Source: Stegostoma tigrinum (Eukaryota). From it: DNA of 64,000 nucleotides. The notes under the pieces are model-generated. The model ran no database searches. It was not told the DNA's origin and saw only the letters and a list, made by a program, of their open reading frames with translations. Below are positions 53,020-64,000 of this stretch, piece after piece (within the stretch, counting starts at the first letter, position 1; every line of letters starts with the position of its first letter). The translations under genes and the position numbers were made by a program. The stretch lies in the NCBI RefSeq assembly GCF_030684315.1, contig NC_081378.1, positions 39,428,191 through 39,492,190 of the forward strand, read 5' to 3'.

Positions 53020-53600
53020 AAATACAACATGCTTTTACATGGCATCTTTAGAATGGTATAACATTCCAAGGCACTGCGTAGGAGGGTTAGCATTGAAAAT
53101 GTGATATCGAGCCATGTTAGCATGTACGACAGTTGACTAAAGGTTTGGTCAAGGAAGTTGATTTTAAGGACCATCTTAAAGGGGTAGAGAGCAATGAAGT
53201 GGCTTAAGGTAGGAATTCCAAAGATGGGGGTCAAAGCAGCAAGACCATCAATGACGGAATGATTAAAAGTGGGGATGCACATGATACCAGAAATGGAGCA
53301 GTGCAATGATTTCAAAGGCTTCTTGGGCTGAAAGTGACTGTGGAATCTAGGTGAAGTGAGGCAATGCACAGATTTATTTAAAAGTGTGAAGGTTTTAAAA
53401 TCAAAGCGGAAAAAGTCGGACGTGTAGGTCAGCAAGTACATGGCTATTGTTTGAAAGAGACTTAGTGCAATTTAAAATATAGGCTGCAGAACATTGGATA
53501 AGCGTAGGGTGGAAGGCTGACCATCAGTGTAATAGTCAAATTGCGAGGTAACAAGTACGTGGATATTTCAGTCGGTAATGCCCTGATATAGTGTTGGAAT
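53020..53600 (-). mobile_element. L2-like LINE 3' fragment, decayed
   Basis: aaggtttggtcaaggaagttgattttaagga...gaattccaaagat, typical of the antisense L2 tail; similar to 17280-17380. Confidence 0.55.
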
Positions 53601-54465
53601 CAGATTACATTACAGAAAAGGAGGAAGAGAATCAGCAAATCAATACTAGGCCCTCAGCTATTTGTGGTTTATATTAATAACTTGGATGAAGGAATAAACT
53701 CGATAGTAGCTAAGATTGCAGATAATACAAAGATAGGCAGGAAAGCAGTTTGTGAGAATACACGTAGACTTAAATTTTATCTTCCAGATTGGGAGGATAA
53801 TTCTTAGCTCTGTAAAAATGACTTGGAAAAGGTGCTAGAGGACATTAGAAATTCATTCTGCTGGATTGGATTTTGTTGGGGTCATACAAGCAATCCTGTA
53901 AAGATTGTTGAGGCTGCCAGGTGTTCAGACTGATGGTGTAGAAGTCTTGCCTTGGTGCACCAGCACTTTATTTCAACAGCGATTTTAAAAAAATCCTTCC
54001 ACCGTTCAAACCTCACACACACGACCATACCTTTACCGTTCCCATACCCCATCTTAAGGATGCACCATTCATGACCCTTTACATCCTCTATGCTAATCCA
54101 TACATGTCTTCTCCATGTCCTTTTATAACCCCGATGTAAACATAATGACAACTCATGCGAAGTCATTCCCACACCCATCACCCCTTGCCCTTAAACCTAC
54201 CATAGCAACTTACTCAGTATCTGCTATATACGTACTTTAGGAGATTTGCTGAGTTGCAATAGAATAATGTTCTAATTCTCAATTGCAAATTTTGTTTGAA
54301 AACAAAATCATTCTTATTCATTTACAAATGAAATATATTTAACATCCCTCAAACATATAATCCATTTTAAAAACAAACATTTCATTCAAGTACTTAATCT
54401 TTCACAAAAAACATCAGCCATATTGCATATTGCCCCATGTCAAAGGCTTTATAACCAGTCACATC

Positions 54466-55360
54466 TGTCAGAGATAATGGGAACTGCAGATGCTGGAGAA
54501 TCCAAGATAATAAAGTGTGAAGCTGGATGAACACAGCAGGCCAAGCAGCAACTCAGGAGCACAAAAGCTGATGTTTAGGGCCTAGACCCTTCATCAGAGA
54601 GGGGGATGGGGAGAGAGAACTGGAATAAATAGGGAGAGAGGGGGAGGCGGACCGAAGATGGAGAGAAAAGAAGATAGGTGGAGAGGAGAGTATAGGTGGG
54701 GAGATAGGGAGGGGATAGGTCATCCCAGGGAAGACGGACAGGTCAAGGAGGTGGGATGAGGTTAGTAGGTAGGAAATGGAGGTGCGGCTTGAAGTGGGAG
54801 GAAGGGATGGGTGAGAGGAAGAACAGGTTAGGGAGGCAGAGACAGGCTGGGCTAATTTTGGGATGCAGTGGGGGGAGGAGAAGAGCTGGGCTGGTTTTAG
54901 GATACGGTGGGGGAAGGGGAGATTTTGAAGCTGGTGAAGTCCACATTGATACCATTGGGCTGCAGGGTTCCAGAGCGGAATATGAGTTGCTGTTCCTGCA
55001 AACTTCGGGTGGCATCATTGTGGCACTGCAGGAGGCCCATGATGGACATGTCATCTAAAGAATTGGAGGGGGAGTTGAAATGGTTCACGACTGGGAGGTG
55101 CAGTTGTTTATTGCGAACTGAGCGGAGGTGTTCTGCAAAGCGGTCCCCAAGCCTCCGCTTGGTTTCCCCAATGTAGAGGAAGCCACACCGGGTACAATGG
55201 TATACCACATTGGCAGATGTGCAGGTGAACCTCTGCTTAATATGGAAAGTCATCTTGGGGCCTGGGATAGGGGTAAGGGAGGAGGTGTGGGGGCAAGTGT
55301 AGCACTTCCTGCGGTTACAGGGGAAGGTGCCAGGTGTGGTGGGGTTGGAGGGCAGTGTCA
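54466..55360 (-). mobile_element. Young 5'-truncated PLE (family A): GIY-YIG endonuclease plus 3' terminus
   Basis: ORF 54897-55361 contains CNRRKCYTC...CTRCGFLYIGETKRRLGDRFAEH...GTLQPNGIN. Its hammerhead motif has GAAA mutated to TAAA. Confidence 0.93.
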
Positions 55361-56021
55361 ATTATTTTGTGAACTGACAGGCACTCCACTGTGATGCATT
55401 GTGGTATAAATCATGCTGTGTTAATCCTACAATGATTAGCTCTCCGTCTTGTGTCAGAAGCCAAAGTTCAGTAATTTTATTTTAAAGTGCAGATAAGTTT
55501 AACATCAAGGGTCGGATTTAAATGCCTCAAAAACTTGATAGAGCTTATGAAAATTTTACACATAATTATTTCTACTCTTGCCAATTCCAATGAATACTTT
55601 ATCTCTTGCAATGTATTGTCTGAACCTATGCGCAAGGGTACTCTACCTCTCTAAGTAATTTTAGCAGTTTTATGTATTTACCTCAAAAATTTAGACCTTT
55701 TGAATTGTTTTCTAGACATCTCATGAAATAAAATTGTATCTGTTTGAAAGCAATTACATTTTTAACATGGCAGCTACTTCTGTCAACCACATATTTGCAA
55801 ATTACAAACAGTTGTGTTCACTCCTGGCAAAAATTGCAGGTGCTGGTTTCAGGGGTAGGATTTCTGAAATCAGCCTCTGGCATTATTTCACCTCAGGCAA
55901 AGACACTCTTTCCCCTCAAAAGTTCAGGTGCGTTTCTTAACTGATTCACTACATGTTAATAAATTGCTTTCAATTCCATGCACGCTTATTTTTAAAACAG
56001 ATTTTTTTGAGTGAAACCTTG

Positions 56022-56081
56022 TCAAATTCCTTTTAAAAGTCTATATAAAGAATTTCAAATTCCTTTTAGAAGTCTATATAA
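56022..56081. repeat. Local 27-bp duplication (period 33)
   Basis: tcaaattccttttaRaagtctatataa occurs twice. Confidence 0.9.
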
Positions 56082-58919
56082 CAAATTCTCACAGACATTT
56101 CCTTGTCTGTGCTGGTTACACACTAAAAATATCCAACTGGTTTCATTAACCATGCTTGTTGTTTAGAAATTTTGCCAATTCTCTTTTTGATTTGTACTTA
56201 TGTATCCAAATGCTGTCCCTAATAACCGATTCTGGGAATATTAATGCTATCATATTTCCTAATTTCTCTCTCCATTGCTTACATGATTTTAGTTGCTTTA
56301 CAAAATTATTAATGGCTTGTTAATAATAATATTACAGGTGCACTTTGGCACGAGATGAGCTCATAATATGGTACATTTGCCCGCAATGCAAGAACTGCTC
56401 AGTTTAGAATTGAGTGTCTTAGAATACATATGATCATGATCTGATGTTGTGGGTAACAATATTGCTGTCTAATGCAATTAAAGGCTCTTGTTTTAAAATA
56501 TATTACTTTTACAAATATTGCTGCCTGGGTGTCAGGAATCTGTTTCTGTAGGGAGCGAAATACCTAACACAACCAGTAATGCTGCTGCTATAACTGATTT
56601 AGTACTGATAAACCCATACCACAGTCAATCATTAAGTGCCTACTTACAAAATTTAAAGCTCTCTTCCTGCTACGGCGCTAAAACCAAGGATCAAACGAAT
56701 GTCATCTGGGTTCATCACTATCTGCCAGATGTCAAACCTGTACAAACAGCTGGAGGGAAAATTATTTTTTCAAAAATATAAAATGTATTTATTAGTGCTT
56801 TGTTTATTATATCATATAGATAGTTTTCAAATGCAAATTCAAGTGATATTTCATTCCTTGGAAAGTATTACACAAATCTAAAAGAATATCAAAAACAGTA
56901 ATGTAAAGAACAAAAAGGACCTGCCATTTTCAACATCAATTATTCAATTCTGTCCCTGGTGCTACTGGTGCATTTTCATACATTCAATGTTTAGAAATCA
57001 GCATCAAATTTAATAAAACAAGAACATTTTGAATGAAATTCAAACATTTGTTGATAGCAGTTCTTCTATTGGTTAAATGTCTGCTCATGTTATTACATCC
57101 AATGATTGAGGTAGGAGAAAAGGTCAGATTAATGCATGGGATAGTCTCCAATTTTAAGATGTGATTTGCTTAGGTATGAATCTAATTTGAGGCAATGTAA
57201 ACATTTCTGTTGACTTCGAATCTTTTTTCAATAAACCATTTAACAATCCTCTTTCTGTGAGTATAAGTCCACAGCCTAAAGCTATATGGCACATGCATAA
57301 ATTCCAATTCTGTGGGCTGCACTGAGGAGGCATGACTCCAAGGCTTTTTCTCCAATTCCCAACAGTTTTCTCTGGTGTGGGAGAAGAGTGTGAGCAGAGA
57401 CTCCATGCCCTGCACACCTTAGCCTGGCCAGCTTGTTTGCAGAGTTTGTCATTTTCGTCACTAACCTGCTGTAGCTTTTGTAGAGTTGGGCCAATTTCTC
57501 AAGGTGTCTTCAGAGATTTCATGAAACATTCATCTGGATGAGGGAAACTTTTGAAATTTATCTGTAAAGTTCTTAGCCATGCCCACTGTGCCAACATGTC
57601 CTCTACTCCATGGTCTCTCATACCTTAAATCACTTCTATGTCTATTTCCACACAACTAATGAATCCTGTAACAACAATAGCATAGATAGAAAATGTTCAA
57701 AAATAACCAGACATAATTTCTTTTAAAAACCTGCTTTAATACAAAGGAGCCAATCAATTACATCTTGAAAACATCATTGACAAAAACTATGAGCGCTTTA
57801 CACCTCTATAACTTCTACAAATATATATTGAACTCCTGACAAAATAGATCTATGAGAAAAAAAAGGTGTCAATCAAGCAATATTTTCCGTTGTTGCACAA
57901 TTGTTTCAACAGACTAATGGATCTGTGGGTTCTCATACTATGGCATAAGATGGCATGGATAAGGTTTGGAACTGAATGGTTTGTTGAGGTGATGTGAGGG
58001 CTGACAGCTATATAGCCTAACAGTAAACATAATAACAACAACAAAGTACCAGACAATTAACTAGCTTACCTTGGTATCAAACATTTCCTATGATCTCTTC
58101 TGAGGTAGTAGCCAAATGCAGGACACACTTACGCACGTTGATGAAAACATTGTGCCTTTCACTTTATTCCCAAGATGTGCATGCCAAGCAGGGGAATTTA
58201 CTGACTCTCCTATTTTCCTCTAAAATGAAACCTAACCCTGTATTTTCAACTAGAGGACAATAATGCTGGCTTTACGAATGTACACTATTGGCAGGGTACA
58301 TTACCTACCAGCTGTGAAATTACAGCATCATGGACAGATGCCTCTTTACTTCCCAGTGTCACATTCTTCAATGTAGGCACTGATTGTCATAGAATAAGAG
58401 ACTCCTTACAGGACGCTTCAAACAGGGCACTGTTCTAGCTATCGCTTAAATGACCTAGCCTCTTAAGGTCCTAAACTAGAGGTGAGACAGGCAATTTACT
58501 CATGTGTCTTCCTGCTCCTCACTTCATTCCAGTGAAAGCACAAACTCCAAACTCTGTGGAGAGATGTCATAAAATTCACCCAATGGAAGCAAAAATGACA
58601 TGATATATTTCCCTTATAGGGTTATACACATACCCTTCAATTTTAATATATGTTAATTATTTCAAAAGGAGCCCAGTGCAAATTGTAAAAATACATATAA
58701 ATCTAAATGATTAACAATGGATGGAACAGTGATGTCATGGAAATATCATCACTGTACAGAATACAAACTGATTTGAATAGTGATTATAATGGATGAATAA
58801 TTTTCTGAAGCTCTTACTCAATTGCAATCAGACATTAGAGAGAAATTGTATTTGTCTTGAGTACCTTAGTAGTTCATCAGTGATTGCACATCTTCCACCA
58901 AAGATTTAATGATTTGAAG

Positions 58920-59145
58920 AGAATCTATTTAAAAATGATATGACGTTATGATTTCCAGGTTATGAAAAGGATATGGTCACTGGAGAAAGTGATAAAATTA
59001 TAAAAATGGTACCAAACTTGAAAGTTTAACATGTCAGGAAGTGTTGAATATTCTTTAGAAAACTAAGGGCGGGGAGTAACTTGGTAGTAGCCTTTATGGT
59101 TATGAAAGTGTGTGACATATTCGATGTAGAGAAGGTGTCTTCAGC
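58920..59145 (+). mobile_element. Old CR1 ORF2 3' fragment
   Basis: aaaggatat...ctggagaaagtg...aaaatggtaccaaacttga...gatgtagagaagg; decayed. Confidence 0.55.
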
Positions 59146-59146
59146 T

Positions 59147-59544
59147 GCAGACTCCCATGTATTTGAGCCACTCAGTTATACTTTAAAGAAATTTCTGCAA
59201 ACCCTGTTGAGTTTTGATATGTGAAGCTGTCGAATAATGAGCAGAGGAAGCAGTCCATGAAGCAGGAATCGCTTCACATAATGGTGGAGTTGTGTTGCCC
59301 TCAGCTCATCAATATTGGCATCTGCCAATAGTTTCTGGAGCAGAACTGAGGCATCGCGCTGGAAGAAGACACTCAAGATGTCGATCAGCTTGGTCAAGTT
59401 ATGAAAGACACACTCTTTGAGAGTCAGACTATCCTCAAAATACATCAGCTTGCCACTTTCGAGCAGGTAGGACAGGGCACTTTGGAGTCGGTCCTCAGTA
59501 AGACCAGTTTGTAATCCCAGCCTGGCAGAGTCCCACCAGGATAC
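59147..59544 (-). pseudogene. MFHAS1: Isolated MFHAS1 (MASL1/ROCO4) COR-region fragment, frameshifted
   Basis: SWWDSARLGLQTGLTEDRLQSALSYLLESGKLMYFEDSLTLKECVFHNLTKLIDILSVFFQRD...ELRATQLHHYVKRFLLHGLLP closely matches recalled MFHAS1. Homology continues after a frameshift as HIKTQQGLQ...*...MGVC. Confidence 0.88.
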
Positions 59545-60559
59545 GAATGAATGGCCTGCTAATTTGTTGGAAATGTGCATCTTCCACTCATCAGGACAAC
59601 TCAGAAGAATACTGAGCAAAACAGAACAACATTTTAATACTAATTTAATACATTTGAAGTCATTCCCTTTTACTTCAGTGTTATAATGATATTTTCCTTT
59701 TCATTGGAATTCTTGTAGAATGTCTGGATGAAGGTAAGATGAAAAGATTTGACCAGCTGAGGCTTTTATCAGCAATACCTAAGTTCGGTACTTCCAAATA
59801 ACTGTTTCAGAAGTGTGTTACTTAGGTGAAACATGCCAATAAGCCAAGGAGCTCCAGCTGTTTGCTTTAAATCACTCAAAAGACAGCCAAATATAGCTGT
59901 AAATCTTCATTATCCAAGAAATTGCTAAATGTTGCCTTGCCTTTCTGTAGCCTTGCTTTTTTTTTAATATATTATTTTGAAAAGCTGACACTGTCACGTT
60001 CATCTATGCCCAGGAAAACGGGAAGACATTGAGCACCTAGAATGAAATACAGACATGAATGAATGGCCTGCTAATTGTAGAGATTAGTAAATGGATACCC
60101 CGAGTGTTGACAATGAACAAATGAGTTTTTTTGGGCGGAGTGGGTTGGGAGGGAAGGGAAAGTGGAAATGGGATGAAAATTGCAAGCCTTGAAATGTTGA
60201 CTCACCACTGGAGACCAATAATTTGATTTCCAATCAAGCCTTCATTTAGGTAGACAGCTCTCCCTCCAGAAGCTCGCAAGGAACTCATTAATACCTGCCA
60301 ATTGTCATGAACACAAAAAATGTTTTAGATAGATCGTGCCCAAAAGTATTTGTCATTTTTCAGGACAGACTAGACTGAAAAAAACAAAATATTTACTCCA
60401 ATACGGTGTTCAGTAATTAAAACACTGCAGCTACTATTTCCTCAACCACTGAAATAAATCATAAACAGTGCAGTTCAGGAGATATTTACCCAGAAATACA
60501 CAGGAGTATAAGTATACATTTCACCAAAAGTAGGGTTGATACCAAAACTTAATCAACTG

Positions 60560-61870
60560 ATCATAAAATGTAAGAGTGGAACTGGGCCATTTGGTCCATT
60601 GAAATTGCTTCACCATTCAATGAGGTCATAGCTGATTTAACAATCCCTAACTCCACTTTTGTGCCCTTCCCCATACACCAGATTCCCTTAATACTTAAAA
60701 ATATGATTATCTCAGCCTTGACACTATATATATATGTGTATATATTACATATAACCTTCTGCAGTAAATAATTTTCTTCTACTGTGAAGACTGATGCAAA
60801 GTATTCATTCAACTCGTCTGCCATATCTAGTTCTCCATTATTATCTTCCTTACCCCATTCTCTATGGGGCCTATGTTCACTTTGGCCTTTCTCTTCCCTT
60901 TTATGCAGTTAAAGGCACTCTTACTATCCTTTTTTTAATATTGCTTGCTAAGTTACTATGAAAGGTTAGTTTCTCCCTTTATGTAAGCCATTGGTTGTTG
61001 GTTTTTAAAACTTTCCAAAATCCACTGGCTAACTATCAATCTTTGCCAATTTGTATATTTTTTCTCTTTCAACTTGATACTATTCTTAACTTCCTTGGTT
61101 AACCACGGTTGATTATCCCTTTCCTAGAATCCTTTTTCCACAATAGGATGTATCTTTGTTGTAAGTCATGAACTATTTTACAGAGAACGTAGGGACAGGA
61201 ATAGGCCATTCAGTCTTTGACAATGTTTCACTATTTGGTCAGATCAGCGCTGACCTGTGGCTTAACTCCATATACCTGCTTTTGGCCCATATCTCTCAAT
61301 ACCTTTGCTGAACAAAAATTTGTCTCTCTCAGATTTACCAATTAATTAAGCATCAACTGCAAATGTGAAAGGTAGTTGCAATCTCTACTGCATTTGTGTG
61401 TAGAAGTGCTTTCTAGTATCTCTCTTGAGCAGTCTAGCCCTAATTCTCAGACTATGCCCCCAAGTTCTAAAAGCCACAGCCAGCAGAAATAGTTTATCTT
61501 TATCTACCTTGTGTTTCCTGTTGATATCTTGAAGACTTTAATCACTGCACCCTTAACCTTCTAAATTCTAAAAACAAGTCTAATTTGTATAATCCCTCCT
61601 CATAACCTAACCCCTGAAGTCCAGCTATCATTCTTGTAAACCTACATTGTGTTCCCTCACACGTCAATAATATCCTTCCTAAGGTGTGGTGCCCTGATCT
61701 GTTCATGGTACTCCAAGTGCGGCCTATTCATAGTTTTGCACAGCTGCAGCATAATTTCTGCATCCTCATACTCCAGTCCACTAGATATAAAGGCCAGCAT
61801 TCCTTTAGTCTTCTTAATTATTTTCTGTACCTGTCTTGTGGACTTTAAAGATCTATGCACTTGAAACCCA
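60560..61870 (-). mobile_element. Cluster of CR1 fragments (two 3' ends and an internal ORF2 piece)
   Basis: ORF peptides MADELNEYFASVFTVE and GMLAFISSGLEY...RPHLEY; CR1 tails at ~60560 and ~61185. Confidence 0.85.
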
Positions 61871-63593
61871 ATCTTAAACTTTCTTAAACATAATTTATCT
61901 TCAACAGCAGCCTTCGTTCATTAAATTATTGTGCTTATCGGGCTTCAACCCTTTTTTGCTCCAACCAAAAGTGTTTTGCTATGTATTAATGTGCTATTTA
62001 GCTTTTAAGAAGGTAGTTGTATGCACAGCCACATTAAATGACAGCTAATCTTCCAGAAAGACTACTCAAAACTGTTTGTTATTTAGATTATTTTGATTAT
62101 TATATTGTTGCATGGATATATAAATATATATCCTATTGGTGTGATTCTGCATTATCAACATATTAAGCACAAAACATCAGTCTTTATAAGGGTGTCAGAT
62201 GTCTCCACAGAGGAAAATTAAGCCTTTTATACCCCAATTCGGGAAAGCATACTTCCAAACCAATTGTTTTCCTCGACTTCAGCTGACCATCTCCTTCTTG
62301 AACATCATTATCTCCTTCTCACACTTGACAAATACTCTAGCTGTGACAGAATCAGCTGCTATATGTTTGTCATTTCAGCTTTCCACATAATGGGATACTT
62401 GATCAGTGCAATTTGCATACTATTATATTCCCTGATTAAATTAAAAGAAGACACTTGTAGATCAATTCAAATTCATGTAGTGTTAGTCAACAGAAACTGT
62501 TCAGGAACATGATGAGTAAAAAGAATATATTTCCTGGGATTGTGGTCTGGTTCAGTGAATCTCGGCAATGGTGGCTGATGGGAGAGGGTTGAAGTTCACA
62601 TTTCCAAACTAATCTACGTAAATCTACTTAAAGTAATGGAAACAAAATCAACCATGTATTTTTACAGATGAACAGTCCGGCCTTCATGATTCTTTGGTCC
62701 TCTCATTTTTTCCAAGTGCAACATGATGAAAATCTCATAATAAAAGCTATCAATCCATGTGTAATTTCCAGAAGGTTAAGCCCCATTGCAAATTATTATG
62801 AAGAAAAAAATGTTTTTAAAAAGATGGATTGTGTGCTGTAGGCAGCAATATTACAGCCCTGAATTTTCTTGATGGCTGTTATGATGTGTTGTTGCATAGC
62901 ACCTCCTGGCCTTATCTGAAATGCTTCTAGCCAGAACAGAAGGCAGTCATGGACCAGATGTGCTCATGGATCAAAGTGACAACTTTGCAATTGGTGGATT
63001 TTTCATCGGACAAGGTATCCTGGAAAGTATGGAAAACAGAGCATCAGTGCACAAATCTTGGAGGCACGTTGAAAGATCAGGTGGCAGAATATTTCAGAGA
63101 GCTACCACTTTTAATATGCTCCTTGAATATCTGAATACTATTGGATTGTCCTTTCAGGAATGTAAAGTTGCTGCTAGCTTCAGTGTATGTGGGAACAGTC
63201 AGCTGAGAAATGTGAGAGTGAATAACAAATTCCCCATCCTGTCACCAAACCACAAAAGGTTTGGTGTTAGGAAAATTACGTCGAGTTTCACAATTGGTGT
63301 TAGCGTTGCATCTTGAAAGGCCTGTTGGCAGTAATGCTTTGTGCTATGAACATGACAGCAGAGTTGATATGAAAATGGATTGGAGATTTTGACAAAAGAG
63401 GTCACACTGAAATGAAATAGCAGCTTTGAACAATTACATACCTCAAGATGGGGCTACTCTGAAATGGTGGTGCCCAAACTGGGGCCAAGGGACACTGGGA
63501 ATTTACTGAGGCTTCCTATGGAAAATCCACAATATAATACGAACATAACCTGTTACTTGTATTGTCATGGGTCAAGCAGTGTTGTTAATTGTT

Positions 63594-64000
63594 AGATAAT
63601 AAAATGTGAGGCTGGATGAACACAGCAGGCCAAGCAGCATCTCAGGAGCACAAAAGCTGACGTTTCGGGCCTAGACCCTTCATCAGAGAGGGGGATGGGG
63701 GGAGGGAACTGGAATAAATAGGGAGAGAGGGGGAGGCGGACCGAAGATGGAGAGCAAAGAAGATAGGTGGAGAGGGTGTAGGTGGGGAGGTAGGGAGGGG
63801 ATAGGTCAGTCCAGGGAAGACGGACAGGTCAAGGAGGTGGGATGAGGTTAGTAGGTAGCTGGGGGTGCGGCTGGGGGTGGGAGGAAGGGATGGGTGAGAG
63901 GAAGAACCGGTTAGGGAGGCAGAGACAGGTTGGACTGGTTTTGGGATGCAGTGGGTGGGGGGGAAGAGCTGGGCTGGTTGTGTGGTGCAGTGGGGGGAGG
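63594..64000 (-). mobile_element. Young PLE family A 3' end, continuing past the window, with intact hammerhead core
   Basis: Near-identical to 54505-54900; minus strand ct CTGATGA A GGGT ctag GCCC GAAA CGTC ag at 63688-63657. Confidence 0.92.

Noticed and set aside
58101-58111. TGAGGTAGTAG, the 5' end of let-7
   Set aside because: Only 11 nt match; the rest of the mature sequence and a hairpin partner are absent.
59176-59619. 147-aa ORF as an intact gene or as LRRK2
   Set aside because: The N-terminal ~26 residues are non-homologous, the C-terminus is frameshifted, and the motifs match MFHAS1 rather than LRRK2.

Overview
AT-rich vertebrate genomic DNA. The repeat families (HE1-type V-SINE, CR1 LINEs, abundant Penelope-like elements) point to a shark; this is inferred, not checked. 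The only intact gene content is the last six coding exons of copine-8 (CPNE8, + strand, 1105-35756): all splice sites are GT-AG, the phases join into one continuous vWA/C-terminal frame, and a long repeat-poor putative 3' UTR follows. The rest is intronic or intergenic, filled with CR1, L2, Rex/Babar and Tx1 LINE fragments, tRNA-derived SINEs, Harbinger and LTR remnants, and one assembly gap. Main points of interest: (1) at least three Penelope-like (PLE) families carry minimal type-I hammerhead-ribozyme motifs (CTGANGA-stem-GAAA-CG-TH), two of them on the sense strand either side of a CPNE8 exon; (2) tiny fold-back PLE insertions are bounded by 11-16 bp target-site duplications, one being a perfect 112-bp palindrome; (3) an isolated, frameshifted ~400-bp fragment of the ROCO gene MFHAS1 lies at 59.1-59.5 kb; (4) a CR1 and a PLE show twin-priming-like inversions. 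All family and gene assignments come from recalled sequence motifs; no database search was run.
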